A DNA stretch of 63,964 nt, filler included, from Octopus bimaculoides (Eukaryota), in the NCBI RefSeq assembly GCF_001194135.2. It is 8 parts of 7 records of this genome, joined end to end, with 100 filler letters (N's around TTAATTAATTAA, not from the genome) between each part and the next. Parts side by side here need not be neighbours in the genome. Positions count along the whole stretch, not along the records: positions 22,938 to 30,832 come from NC_068992.1; positions 30,933 to 54,057 come from NC_068989.1; 6 more parts are not named here. One strand, written 5' to 3'. Within the stretch, counting starts at the first letter, position 1. Each line of letters opens with the position of its first letter. Shown in pieces: positions 24,836 to 37,385 of this stretch. The translations under genes and the position numbers were made by a program. The notes under the pieces are model-generated. The model was not told the origin of the DNA, did no database searches, and saw only the letters and a program-made list of their open reading frames with translations.

Positions 24836-27276
24836 AAGATCAACCGGAACATTGGCGTGGAATGTATAGGGTATCGTTGAAGTTTATGTGACTCCGCTTT
24901 TAGAAGACAAGCCTGAAGTCGAAAGATTTTTGAGCGAAATAGAGGAAAGGAAACGATAAAAACAACAAACTAGTGTTGAAAATTTAAAAAATAATGACAG
25001 GCTATATATACTTCGAAGTATTGGGTCTGTTTAAATGTTTTGTATGTTTTATGACTACATGAAAAGATAATTTACGAATTTTTATTTATGAATCGGTGTC
25101 TGGCAAATAATATATCATTAGCGTCGGCGATGCAAAAATTAAACTGTCTCATTTTCGTTACAGGATTTCGCATGAAAGGAATTTCCATTTTAAGTTGGTT
25201 GAATTGTATATTATTTTTACCTATTACCGTATAAATGATGAAAATAAATGTTTTACTTGCGAGATTTATGTAAATGTTAAATGTCGTTTCTTTGTGATAA
25301 ATAATGTTGTTTGACACCAATAGGAAACTAATTTGACACCAAAAGGCAGTTCTTAGAAAGACTGGTTTCAAATTTTGGTTCAAGACCAACAATTTCGGGA
25401 GAGAGGGTATGGCCGGTTATAACGACTCCAGCTGTGCATCGTTAACTAGCTAGAGGAGATGTCCTCTTGGGGTTAAAAAATCACAGTAAAGTCTGTTCGA
25501 ACGGACAGCCATGTTGAAGTGGTTACAAACATTACTTAGTACAACTACTGCGTTGATCTCTAGGAGAAATTTTAGAACTAGCATTTTTGCTTGGCTTACT
25601 AATGCACTTTAAAAGAAAATTTCTCCAGTTGAAGCGGTCTTTATTGTAATGAAGGTTTACGAAATAGCTAATAAATTATACCCACAACAAATGAATAATC
25701 TAAATCAAGAGTTTGTCTTACTATTCACTGAAGATATTTGCAGATGGACAATGCTACATCTATATTGCTTCATATATTACATTTATCACATGGTAAATGG
25801 GGCTCTCAAATATATCTATTGTAGATAAAATTGCCCAGAAATTATGAGTTAATATTTCAAGTTCAAACTATAACAATGCCGATCTGTTACTGAAAACTGC
25901 TTCGACGAAGCAACTATGGTTTCTGACGAAGGCAAACTAAGAGTCTTGAACTTACCCCCTTTATATTAACATGTACATTTATACATTTTTAATCAAAGCC
26001 CGCCGTCGTATGTGTCACCTTGAAAATGAAATCATTTGTCCTAGGATTGTTATGGTTCTCAACTTGAAACATTAACTGTTATGTTTTTTCGTGAAAATTA
26101 CCGTGATTGTTATTCGAAAGAAAAAGCTCGCTGTGTCGGTAATCATTTCTACCGTGGGCACATGGCTTGAAATTGGGGGAAGGAGTTAATCGAATTCATC
26201 GACGAAGCGTCCTTCTATGTAAATGCACAAACATTTGTCTCGTTTACACAAATTTGCATTCTTAGAGTATTTTGTTTATTTACATAATTGTATTCACATT
26301 TAATTCAGTATAAAATTTCAAAAAATATCTACCATTCTTCTCCGAGCACACACAATTCTGTACACACGTTTTCTATTCATGATTACAACTAAAAAACTTT
26401 ATACATGTAATACTTAATGTCATTAATTAAATATTCATATTTCATGTTTTTTGCTTGCAAATTAATCGCAAGCATACTTTAATAATTTTAATAGCACGTA
26501 CGGTGTTATTCTAGATACAACCATATGATTTCGTTAATATTTTATTGTTATGATTATTATTTTTTCATTATCCGTCGTTTTCCACGCCTACCTTTACCCA
26601 ACTTAATGCTTTATGATTTAATGCGAATTTCAACTAACTTGGTTCCAGCACCCAATCGAAAACCATATCATATTTGAATATTTTCCGTGTGTTATTTTAT
26701 AGACACGCTCACTCCACGCAGATGTGTGTGTGTGTGTGCGTATTAATTTCTGCTAATTCATTTGGGAGTAATAAATCATAGAACTCAATATATAAATGTA
26801 GAGTCATCTTTTATCACATTAACACTGAAAAGCTCTAAACTGCTTGCACGCTGTAATTCACGTTCCCATTCTTTCAGCTGGTTATCCGAGTTTTTTTTTT
26901 CTCTCTTGAATTCCCTCTTTGAATATATTGAGAAATATTAAATGAAAGCCGTTGCTAAACGCTTCTCTCAAAACGTGCAATCAATATGCATTAAAATGAC
27001 TGTTTCCAGCTCACGTTTTCGTTTTATTTCTGGCTGTCGTAAGAATACTCCAGCACTTATATTTCATTCATAATTGCATTCTGAATTTTAGCCCCATCAT
27101 TATATATACATTTATATGCTATGTTTCCTTTATATTATTTATTACTATTGCTCGAGGATTGGAATAGAGCAACTTCGTATAGTGGTTTCTGATGTGTGAA
27201 GTTTTCAGCTTGTGTTGTGCGCGTGTGGTATGTATGTGTTTGTCGGTTTGTGCATGTATCATTCCCTAACATATAC

Positions 27277-27323
<47 letters not shown>

Positions 27324-27324
<1 letters not shown>

Positions 27325-27835
27325 CTTTCTTTTATTAGCCACACAGGGCTGCACACAAAGGGGACAAATACAACTGTAGAGCTTTTCTTTAAGAAAAAAA
27401 ATGCGATCAAAAGGGATCAGTAGGGGANNNNNNNNNNNNNNNNNNNNNNNNNNNNNNNNNNNNNNNNNNNNNNNNNNNNNNNNNNNNNNNNNNNNNNNNN
27501 NNNNNNNNNNNNNNNNNNNNNNNNNNNNNNNNNNNNNNNNNNNNNNNNNNNNNNNNNNNNNNNNNNNNNNNNNNNNNNNNNNNNNNNNNNNNNNNNNNNN
27601 NNNNNNNNNNNNNNNNNNNNNNNNNNNNNNNNNNNNNNNNNNNNNNNNACCATGGTAACCTCAGCAGGAAATAGACACATGAGAGCGAAGTGCTCTCTCT
27701 CTCTTTTTTTTTTATTTTTTTTATTTTTTTCGATTTATAGGATCATGCTCAAAGAGGTATCGTCACTCGCACGCACCATCTTTGCTACATTCACCCACCT
27801 TTTAATGAAACTTTCACGAGACAAAAACTGTCTCT
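27324..27835 (-). mobile_element. Tx1/L1-clade LINE 3' end, 5'-truncated, inserted in (GATA)n
   Basis: ERQFLSRESFIKRWVNVAKMVRASDDTSLSMIL* then a 3'UTR ending taataaagagaaagtt; (GATA)n on both flanks. Confidence 0.75.
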
Positions 27836-27896
<61 letters not shown>

Positions 27897-27994
27897 GTGA
27901 AATCACTCTTGTGTGCTACTGGTAACATTTAACTCATTGCCACATGTGGCATGGCCTGGCCGTCGGCGCCTAAACCGGAAAAAAACATCAAATG

Positions 27995-28410
27995 TATATA
28001 CAGCAGTGGCTGTGTGGTAAGTAGCTTGCTTACCAATTACATGGCTCCGGGTTCAGTCCCAGTGCGTGGCACCTTGGACCTTGTGCAGGTGTCTTCTACT
28101 ATAACCTCGGTCCGGCCAAAGCCTTGTGAGTGGATTAGGTAGACGGAAACTGAAAGAAGCCCGTCGTGTGTAAATATATATGTCTGTGTGTGTGTCTCTG
28201 TGTGTTGTGTGTGTGTATGTGTGTGTGTATCTCCCCAAACTATCGCTTGACTCCCGATGATTTTGTGTTTACGTCTCTGTAACTTAGCGGTTCGGCATAG
28301 GAGACGATAGCATAAGTACTAGGCTTACAAAGAATAAGTCCGCGGGGGTCCGATTTGTTCTACTGAAGGCAGTGCTCCAGCATGACCGCAATCAAATGAC
28401 TGAAACAGAT
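27995..28410 (+). mobile_element. SINE family B, full length with internal (TG)n
   Basis: gtggctgtgtggtaagtagcttg..gggttcagtccc tRNA-like head; tail gcagtgctccagcatgaccgcaatcaaatgactgaaac. Confidence 0.9.
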
Positions 28411-28419
28411 AAAGGAATA

Positions 28420-28627
28420 TATAGGGATCAAATGCTCGTGCCGCACATTTGCTCACTGTCTCCATCAAATCGACGTGTGTCTGTACAGGTGCACGGTGTA
28501 CTCGTCCTCAGGTGTCAAAGTGATCGCAAATCAAGGCGAGGTGAAGTTTTTTGCTCTACAACACAACGCACCATTCAACCGAGGAATTGAAACCCTGCGA
28601 TCGTGAATACAACACCCTAACCACTAA

Positions 28628-28630
<3 letters not shown>
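28420..28630 (-). mobile_element. SINE family E (CORE-like), diverged
   Basis: ggaattgaaaccctgcgatcgtgaatacaacaccctaaccactaagcc. Confidence 0.7.
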
Positions 28631-28694
<64 letters not shown>

Positions 28695-28699
28695 TATAT

Positions 28700-29330
28700 A
28701 TATATATATGGAACAAGAACGTTACAGGCGACAACAAAACATCTGGATATTTAGGTGATACAAAAAATGGACACTAAAAATCAAGGACGTGTCATTCGGA
28801 GCTTCCCATCCTCAGTCAAGTATCAGATTATCTTAGAAGATTCGGCCGGTTACACTCGAGGCTGCTCCAATCTGGCCGGCCCTAAGAAAATCTAAGCTAA
28901 CAGCACTAGATTCCTTGGAAGAAAGCAAGCGAATGTATACGAAAGCAAGGGCGGAAAAATCTGAGAAATAGTATACAATTACAAATACAAACAACAGGAC
29001 GTTAACAATGGGTGTCTTTCGACTAAGGACGAATTAAATTAAGCTGGTGTGTGTGGAAGTGAAGCCTTATGGCAGGAACATAAGAAATGAAAGTCATGAG
29101 CAGGAAATAAGAGATGCTACATGGATGGTAGTCGAACCAAGAAAGAAAGGTCAGGCTTGGCGGTACACCGGTCACGTGGAAGGAGAGGAGAGAAGTAGGG
29201 GGTAGAGGTATTGAAGAATTAGGGAGGGACAAGAAAGAGTGAAAGGGAAAGGGACAGAGTGAGGTAAAGGAGGGGGAAAGTGATGAGAATGAAGGGAGTG
29301 GCAAGAAATGTGAGAGAGGGGAGGGAGAAA
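28700..29330 (-). mobile_element. Penelope-like element 3' remnant with degenerate hammerhead-like motif near 28775-28812
   Basis: Minus strand cttga-CTGAGGA-tgggaagctcc-GAAT-gacacgtc; repeat style shared with 2850-3030; very decayed coding signal. Confidence 0.4.
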
Positions 29331-30014
29331 AAGAAAAGTGGAAAGGACGAAGAGAGTGTGAGGGAGCTAAGAGAAAGAGCGAGTCGGACAGAATTTAGAT
29401 AGATATATATTGTATATACATATATATANNNNNNNNNNTGAATTATGCATTCGAATAAGCCTTATAGTACAAACTCTGCAAATATCGCATACTTAAAATA
29501 TATGCTTTGTTGCAACACAGAAGTTGTAACTCTCGTCCGGGCACAATCCCTTTATAAATATATTGTGCAAACACACACACAGATGTATGCATGTATGTAT
29601 GTCTGTCTGTATGTATGTATGTATGTATGTATGTATGAATGTATGCTTCTATGGTACACTAATGTGCATTTAACCTATCATGATAAGTTGGATTCTAAGC
29701 TGTGGTGAAAGCAACTGAACTGGGTGATGAAGAACTCTAATGGAAAAGCCTGGGTTATTTTGTTGATTTTTATGCCAAACATTAGCATCAACATTCTACC
29801 TTTCAGCATTTCCAAAATGTATGACTGGACCTGCACAAGCGATTACCGATGAAAGCAAAACGAATGTGAGAATAGTCTAACAGCGTTATCATTGCCTGTT
29901 AAACTCCATATGTTAAACTCTCATACGTCGACGCCGGCAGCGGAAGTCACTCTGCGCGCGCATGTGTATGAATGCGTGTGTGCGTCTATATATGTGTTTG
30001 TATGTATGTAACAG

Positions 30015-30220
30015 TGCGTCTCCTAGTAGTTAGAATGTTGTACTCACGATCGCAAGACCGTGGTTTCGATTCCCGGACCGGTGGTGAGCTGTGTAACACT
30101 CTTCGTTTTATGTTGCACCAGTTCACTCAGGTGCACATGGGTCACCCTGGGACTAACTGGCGTTCACTTCAGAGGGAATATCGGCCTTCCCACCTAACCA
30201 GCGGGGTGGCATCATTTATA
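30015..30220 (+). mobile_element. SINE family E (CORE-like)
   Basis: ctagtagttagaatgttg..ggtttcgattccc head; ttgcaccagttcactcag core. Confidence 0.75.
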
Positions 30221-30493
30221 TAGAAATACATATATACACGCACCGTCGAGGCACAAATTTTGGAAAACAGGTCCAAAAATTAGAATTTTTATATTAACTC
30301 CTCAAAGTTATATTTAATTTACAATATATGGCTAAAAGTTTAGGACATGAGTTTGAAAATTAGAAATTTTACATAAAATGCCCAAATAAATACGTTGTAT
30401 ATATCTGAATCAATTGAGTCTGGGCATGGCAATTTTAATTTTAAAAACAAATGTTCCAAACTTCTAGTCATGAATGACTACATATATTCACAC

Positions 30494-30532
<39 letters not shown>

Positions 30533-30786
30533 ACAGATTTGTAGAAGGATAAGTAAAGGATACGAAAGAAAGGCAGAACGATATATATATATATATGTAC
30601 CAAAGAAAGACAGAAGAATAAGCAGAACAAGTAGGAGACACGTGGAATAGAGAGTCACTGTGGAGGTCACAGGATGTGTGACGAAAGACGTTAGACAAAG
30701 ACACTAAAATGATTATATTAAAACTGAAGTGAAGACCAAAGACATAATGCGTGTATTTTATAGACAAAATATGACTTCCCCTGAGT

Positions 30787-30832
<46 letters not shown>

Positions 30833-30993
30833 NNNNNNNNNNNNNNNNNNNNNNNNNNNNNNNNNNNNNNNNNNNNTTAATTAATTAANNNNNNNNNNNN
30901 NNNNNNNNNNNNNNNNNNNNNNNNNNNNNNNNGCCATAGGGTTGGTTTTAGTGGTGTTGATCCTAAAGCCAAATTCACCCCATAATTGCCCAC

Positions 30994-31260
30994 GGGCATA
31001 TGGCGTAGTGGTTAAGAGCGCGGGCTACTAACCCCAAGGTTCCGAGTTCGATTCACGGCAGCGACCTGATTAATAATAATAATAATAATATAATAATAAT
31101 AATAATAATAATAGTAACATCGATAGGAATGAGAACCCAGGTTCGAAATTTCCCCAAGACACCTGACGAAGGCTGGAGGGTATATCAGCCGAAACGTTGT
31201 GTTAACAACAAACAAGATGAGGACGAATATCCGTCAAATGTAGATAATGTAAATAATGTA
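30994..31260 (+). mobile_element. tRNA-headed SINE (family C) with internal (TAA)n and a hammerhead-containing tail
   Basis: A box tggcgtagtgg 31001-31011; B box gttcgattc 31046-31054; no acceptor-stem pairing, so not a tRNA; tail ends in (a/g)ataatgta repeats. Confidence 0.8.
31159..31202 (+). ncRNA. Minimal type-I hammerhead ribozyme motif (PLE-type, palindromic stem III)
   Basis: Stem I acac/gtgt; core CUGACGA; extra A; stem II GGCUG/CAGCC; GAAA; ACGU palindrome with GUU cleavage triplet. Confidence 0.75.
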
Positions 31261-31269
31261 TACATATAT

Positions 31270-31470
31270 TAGTTTCAAATTTTGGCACAAGGCCAAAAAT
31301 TTCGAAGGAATGGGTAAGTCGATTACATCGACTCCCAAATCTCACCTGGTACTTATTTTATCGACCCCGAAAATGGCTAAGTCAACCTCGGTGGTATTTG
31401 AACTCAGAACGTAAAGACGGACCAAATGTCGCTAGGCATTTTTGCCTGGCGTGCTAACGGTTCTACCAGC
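31270..31470 (-). mobile_element. SINE family A
   Basis: ggtacttattttatcgacccc..gaactcagaacgtaaagac..gctaacggttctaccagctcgc. Confidence 0.88.
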
Positions 31471-31584
31471 TCGCTGTGTGTGCATCATATATATATATGC
31501 ATGCATTTACAAGCACACACACACACACACACACAGGTACATACATACATATATACATACATACACATATATATATATACACAC

Positions 31585-31680
<96 letters not shown>

Positions 31681-31682
<2 letters not shown>

Positions 31683-33520
31683 AATAAAATGAGACAACAA
31701 AGCCAAGGCTGTGTGGAATTTTCAGGACATTTATAAAGAGAAAGTTAGTCTTACTGCTGTTTCTGGGATATTAGGGATATCCCTTCGTCAGAGACGATGT
31801 GAGATGGTTCAATAGAGGGAAATATTAGAGTTCAATATGAAGTGTTGTTTTGGAAAAGGAAGCAAATGAGGAGTGTTTAGGGAAATAGAAGAATGAATGT
31901 AGAGGTAAAAATAAAAATGTGTAAAGATGGTATAGTTGCAATTCCATTATCCAAGGAAAGTAGCGTGTAGAAGTGGTAGAAATGCTTCCTGTCTGTGGTA
32001 TATAGATTCCAATAGGAGTTCATATTTTGTCATTACAAATGGAAAGTGTGGAGATGTAGATTCCATGTGCTGTTTATTCAAAGGGGGTCTTGTGGTGTGA
32101 ATGAAAATTTGAGAATATAGTGGTAATAGTAAATGGATAGAGAGGGGAGAAGAGATGTGTATGTTAAAATGGAGAGAGAGGTCAAAAGAAAAGATGAGAA
32201 ATGAAGAAAGAAAGAAAAAGGAAGAGAAAATGAAGACAAGAGAAAATGAAAAAATGTAAGAAAGTGAAAAAGGGAGTGTTAGTTGTTGGTCAAGATATAA
32301 GGAGGATGGGAGAGGAGTAGGGGAGAGGTAGGAAAAGATAAGAATGTAAGTAATGAATATTGTGAGGTGTGTGAGGTGGGGTGATATGTTAGAATGGCAT
32401 TAAGGGATGGGTACAGAAAAAGGTATAGGAGGGGTGGCTTCTAAAGTGAAGGGAAGAATACTAAGAATGGTGAAGTTTCAATAGACTAATGTGTTTATTC
32501 TACTGGATAATGTGAGAGTGTGGGTAGAGGAATCAAAGAAAAAGAAAGAAGTGCATATCAATATACTCACACGTGTACATAAATGTGTGTGTATGCATTA
32601 TTATATAGGACTGAATACTTGTGTATTTAAACCCGTACGTATGCATGCATATATATACACATACACACACACATATACAGACATACGCATGCATGCATAC
32701 ACATACACGCGCGCACGTATACACGCATACGTACACACACATGCACACACGCACGCACACACACACACACACATATATATATTTATGCATACGTACATAC
32801 ATACGAGACATATGCATACGCCTATCCATATCCATTGTGATATGATTTGAGATATATATTGCTTGAGCCTAGTATTAGGGATGTATTCTATTAGTTGGAA
32901 GAAGCCGCTGGCAGCGAGCGCTTGGTTATAATATGGAGCGTGGTTATCGAATATTTTCTCAGTGGATGAGAGGTCAGATATAGGAATTGAGATACCCTAA
33001 ACTATGTTATCAAAGGTGAATTTGTGGTGATTAGAATTAATGTTTAAGCACTTAAGATGTTGATTAAGTTTGTGATATGGGTAGTATTGGGGGGTTTCTA
33101 AGTTTAAAGGTACGTCTAGAAAATTAGTGGTTTTGTAGGCGAGAGAAAAATTTGTGTAGAACTTTCCTAGTTCGTTCTAAGGATAATTTATTTAAGCTCT
33201 TGGCGACTAGCAAGGCGTCACCTCTGCAGAGGGCTCTTTTGATGTTAGGGAAATATACTTGGAGCTGGTGGAGTATGTATAGTCCGACGAGGTCGGTGAC
33301 TTGGGCGGAGTCAGATAATCCCATAATAATGTCAAATAATTTGTTATGGTTATTGTTATAGTTATAGTGGTTATAGTTATAGTTATATAGTTATAGTTGT
33401 ATCATCTCTGATGAAAGGATATCCCTAATATCTGAGAAACAACCGTGAGATTAACTTTCTCTTTATAAATGTCCTGAAAATTCCACACAGCGTTGGCTTT
33501 GTTGTCTTATTTTATTTAAC
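31681..33520 (-). mobile_element. 5'-truncated Penelope-like element (RT relic) bounded by inverted approximately 115-bp terminal repeats, each with a hammerhead motif
   Basis: MGLSDSAQVTDLVGLYIL..RALCRGDALLV..LERTRK.L (decayed MG..DGA..CELVGLY.L / GLYRDDGL); NIFDNHAPYYNQALAASGF; 31681-31798 is the reverse complement of 33403-33520. Confidence 0.85.
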
Positions 33521-33692
33521 ATATACATGCTCATATAAAACTCGCATTAGACTCCTCACTCGTATCATTATCGAACCGAAAGTTTAACTACGGTCCTTCC
33601 ATTGCACTTACACGGTGTCACCTGCCACCTTGGGTCTTCTGGATACCAATACCTCACACACACACACACACACACACATACATATATATACA

Positions 33693-33908
33693 CGAGGGGT
33701 AGGGAAAATTTCCTGGCTTTGAGTAAAAGGAAATGCAGGAGAATCAGTTAATTATGATTATTTTCAACATATTCCTCTTTCAGATTTACACACTTATCGC
33801 AGCAGTCCTTCAGTTTTTCTAAGCTCTGTAAAAGAACTCGGAAGGTTGAGCTTCCAGCCAGGCCTTTTGCGACACCTTTAAAACCAGAAACTTTTCAGCA
33901 CCCCCTCG
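33693..33908. mobile_element. 216-bp mariner-type MITE
   Basis: cgaggggtagggaaaatttcctggcttt versus the reverse complement of aaaaccagaaacttttcagcaccccctcg-TA. Confidence 0.8.
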
Positions 33909-34270
33909 TATATTAAATTTATCGTTCAAATCTCATTGTTCTAAGATAGCAAAATAAACAAAAACAAAGCAAAAAGAAACTACAATTTCATTACAGTATT
34001 CATAACATCCTTGCATTTTGAAAGAGTTAATGAAATTGTAATTAATTAGGTGTAATTAAGACATTCCTGTTATACATGCGAATGATTTGAGAGGGTTCAA
34101 CTATTTTTTTGATTGATTGAGAAAATACAGATCAACCTTGTCTTAGCAATTGTCAACAATATCTTCATTTGCATACTAATATCCATAGCTTTATTTGCTT
34201 CTAGATTCACTGTTCCTAATAAGAATTATTTCACATTTTCCAAGTTTCTAAATACTTTTGACGCTAACAA

Positions 34271-34311
<41 letters not shown>

Positions 34312-34439
34312 ATGTGTGTGTGTGTGTGTGTGCGTGTGTGCGTGCGTGCGTATGTATATGTAGACATGCATACATTCATACACATATATAAGCATACAAA
34401 CATATACAAACGTACATACTTTACGTGCATACATGCAGG

Positions 34440-34620
34440 TATATATACCTACTATAACTTTAGATTTCTGCCAATGATTATTGGAGCACTTGGTTACGTG
34501 ACTAACTGCCTTAATATCAATGTTGAAAACCCGGGATTCACAAAGCCAGAAAGAAAACGCCGAATCAAGAGATTACAGCTATAAGCTGTCTAAGGTACTG
34601 TCAAGACATGTCAGATATTT
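34440..34620 (+). mobile_element. RLE-type LINE extreme C-terminal relic
   Basis: YNFRFLPMIIGALGYVTNCLN..NPGFTKPERKRRIKRLQL..GTVK. Confidence 0.7.
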
Positions 34621-35169
34621 ATGGAATTCAGCATGCAATGCTATTCATTCCTCCTCTCACGTATACATGTGCACGTACTGATATATAGATATATAGATAT
34701 ATATGTGTACATCAATACATATATGTGCAAACACGCACACACAAACATACATATATATACATATATATACATATGTGTGTGTGTGTGTGTGTGTGTATGT
34801 GTGTGTGTGTGTGTGTACGTGTGTGTGTGTTTGCATGAATATATCCCTACATTCATATATACATACAAGATTACTCTGTTGCCATCTGAATTGTTAGAAA
34901 CCGGCTCTTTTTTCTATTGGTGAGAATTTCTAAAAATTTAACCCAGAACAAATGTATACATTCGTGCGCACATACATATAAATATACCTACATACATATA
35001 CACACACATGCATGCATACATACATACATACATACATACATACATACATACATGCATACATACATACATACGTTATTGCTGAGAAACATGAATTAAATCG
35101 CAACGTTTCCCACTGATGTAGGGATGTAACTTGGTCAAAAGAAATGTTCGTATTTAACAACTAAACATG

Positions 35170-35850
35170 GACATCTATTCTTCAAACCCGAAACCTTTCT
35201 ATCAATGACTTTTCTACCTTGTCTCTTCCATATAATGAATCTTACAAATACCTAGGTGTTGCTGAAGATAAACATAGGTGTTGCTGAAGATAAACAAATG
35301 AAGACAGAATAACCGAAGAATATTATGCCAGTCTGAAAAAGAAATAGCAATCGGAATTTTCTTCTTACAAAAAGACAATATCGACAATGAATTTGTAGCA
35401 CTTGCAATGATACCAAGATTGGAGATACTCGTGTGGTCCTGAAGAGAAAACCGCTCCATAGACATTAAAACCAGCAAGATTTCTATATCAACTGCACACT
35501 TCCACCGAAACAGTGATAATGACTGGTTATCTCAGTAGAAAGAGGAAGAGATTTAAAATCAGTGCAGATAATCTTTACGTGCCGTACGACATCGCTCAGA
35601 CAGTATCTGCTAAACAATAGCAGCAGAAATAAATAAATAAATCAGTCAACTGATCAAAAATGAAGTGAATAGCATTCTGCGAGTTGGCAGCGAATTCATC
35701 AAGAAGCTTTCACACCTTGATGTCTTCCCATGTCAACCCAGGAGAGCAAGACTGGTATACCTCAACAAAGATTTGGAAAAGAAACACTGCATACTACTAA
35801 AAAGTTATGCGTGTGTGTTTCCCATAAACTTGAGTAGGAGAGGTTAATTT
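35170..35850 (+). mobile_element. RLE-type LINE RT-thumb and endonuclease relics, heavily frameshifted
   Basis: YKYLGVAEDK (with a 22-bp tandem duplication); IDIKT..FH..SD..LY.SRK pattern; decayed PD-(D/E)xK-like segment. Confidence 0.55.
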
Positions 35851-36169
35851 TTACAGGACATATAGCTTTCCTTAAACTTCTGACAATTACGTCACTGTAT
35901 TACATCGATGCATTACGTCACGGCATTATATCACGGCAGATTTCGAACGTTAAGCATTTGCATATCAAGAACAGGAGATAGCTACAAAATATCTAATGAA
36001 CAAATATCACAATGAAGTCCTTACACTCGCAAGTTGCGACCGTAGATGATAATTATAACACTCTTCCGTATGGGATGTAACATATGTAATCAAGTGCCGC
36101 TCAGAAGCTTATTGAGGTATTATCTCCCATTACCATGACTACAAATTCACATTTATCCTAATAATTGGG

Positions 36170-36380
36170 TTCAAATTTTGGCACAAAGCCAGCAATATCG
36201 GGGAAGGGAATAAGTCGATGACATCGACTCCAGTACTCTACTGGCGCTTATTTGATCAACTCCGAAAATATGAAAGGTAAGTCAACCTCGGCGCAATAGG
36301 AACTCAGAACATAAAGACTGACCTAACGCTGCTAAGCACTTTGTCTGTCATGCTAACGATTCAGCCAGCTTGTCGCTTTA
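36170..36380 (-). mobile_element. SINE family A, diverged
   Basis: ttttggcacaaagccagc..gaactcagaacataaagac..gctaacgattcagccagct. Confidence 0.82.
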
Positions 36381-37308
36381 TTTATCCTAATAATTATTGG
36401 TAAACTTGATTATGTTAGTAAATTTCTTAGTAACAATCTGGAAAAGTTAGGGGTTAATTTGGTCAACGAATATTGGTGTCTCTTAGGCGTTTTCAAGCAA
36501 AATCCCATATGATTTTTGTTTAAAACTGATGGAGCCTTAAGTATGTATAGTAATGTTAGAAAATGTAAGTGACAATCTGAAAAATCTAGAAATCAGTTTA
36601 ATCAAGAAACAATCTGGGAAATTCAAGAGTCAGTTGGAAGATGTCTTGGAGATTACTGCATCTCTGAAGTTTCTTCAAGCAAAAGACTGTAATTGAGAAT
36701 CGCGCAGCCTTAAGGGAAAATGGTGGTTACAAACTCCAACGACCACGGTATTCTTGTCAGGATCAAGGATCACAAGAACTATTAATTTTGAAAGACATTT
36801 TGTCAAATGCAGTTGACAGAAAGAAAATGTCCCTTAAACAAATAAACGAAAGGATAATTTCTTGTCATTCAAGCAAATACATTGAATCTAAGAAATTGCA
36901 GCAATGTTCGTCTTGAGTTATGCAAATATTATTTTCTCACAACACATCCACCAATGAAAAGTAAAAAGAACAGAAAGCAAATGCCAAATTCATAAGAGAA
37001 AAAATGAGAGTATCTTTCGATAAATCTGGCGAAATCTTTGGTTTATAAAATCAATCAACATAACTAAAATTGTTCTTCGATTAGAAAATGGAATTTGCAA
37101 ATGAGTGAACATGTTTATATCACAAGGTAATAGTTATGTTTACATAGCATAATGGTGGGATAAAAATAATGTCGTATACACAAAATGACACACACACACG
37201 CACACACACACATACAGACTCTACGTTTTAGGGAAAACGTAAACAGAAGAAAAATAAGCGTCACACATTCGCCGCTTTTTATATCTAGATAAACGGTTCA
37301 TTACTCAC

Positions 37309-37385
37309 CCAAGCATGATGAACCCTAACTCGGAATAGGGTTGCCTGATGCTAGCAGTTTGATAAAACACCATATAAAATGCCAT
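37309..37385 (-). CDS. Possible first coding exon (MAFYMVFYQTASIRQPYSELGFIML-G)
   Basis: Consensus GG|gtgagt donor and in-frame ATG in unique sequence; no homology recognised. Confidence 0.28.

Noticed and set aside
25918-25960. CTGACGAAGGC..GAAC hammerhead-like string
   Set aside because: No GAAA and no stem I or stem III pairing
30994-31066. Apparent tRNA with an ACT anticodon
   Set aside because: No acceptor-stem pairing and it continues into a SINE body; it is a SINE head
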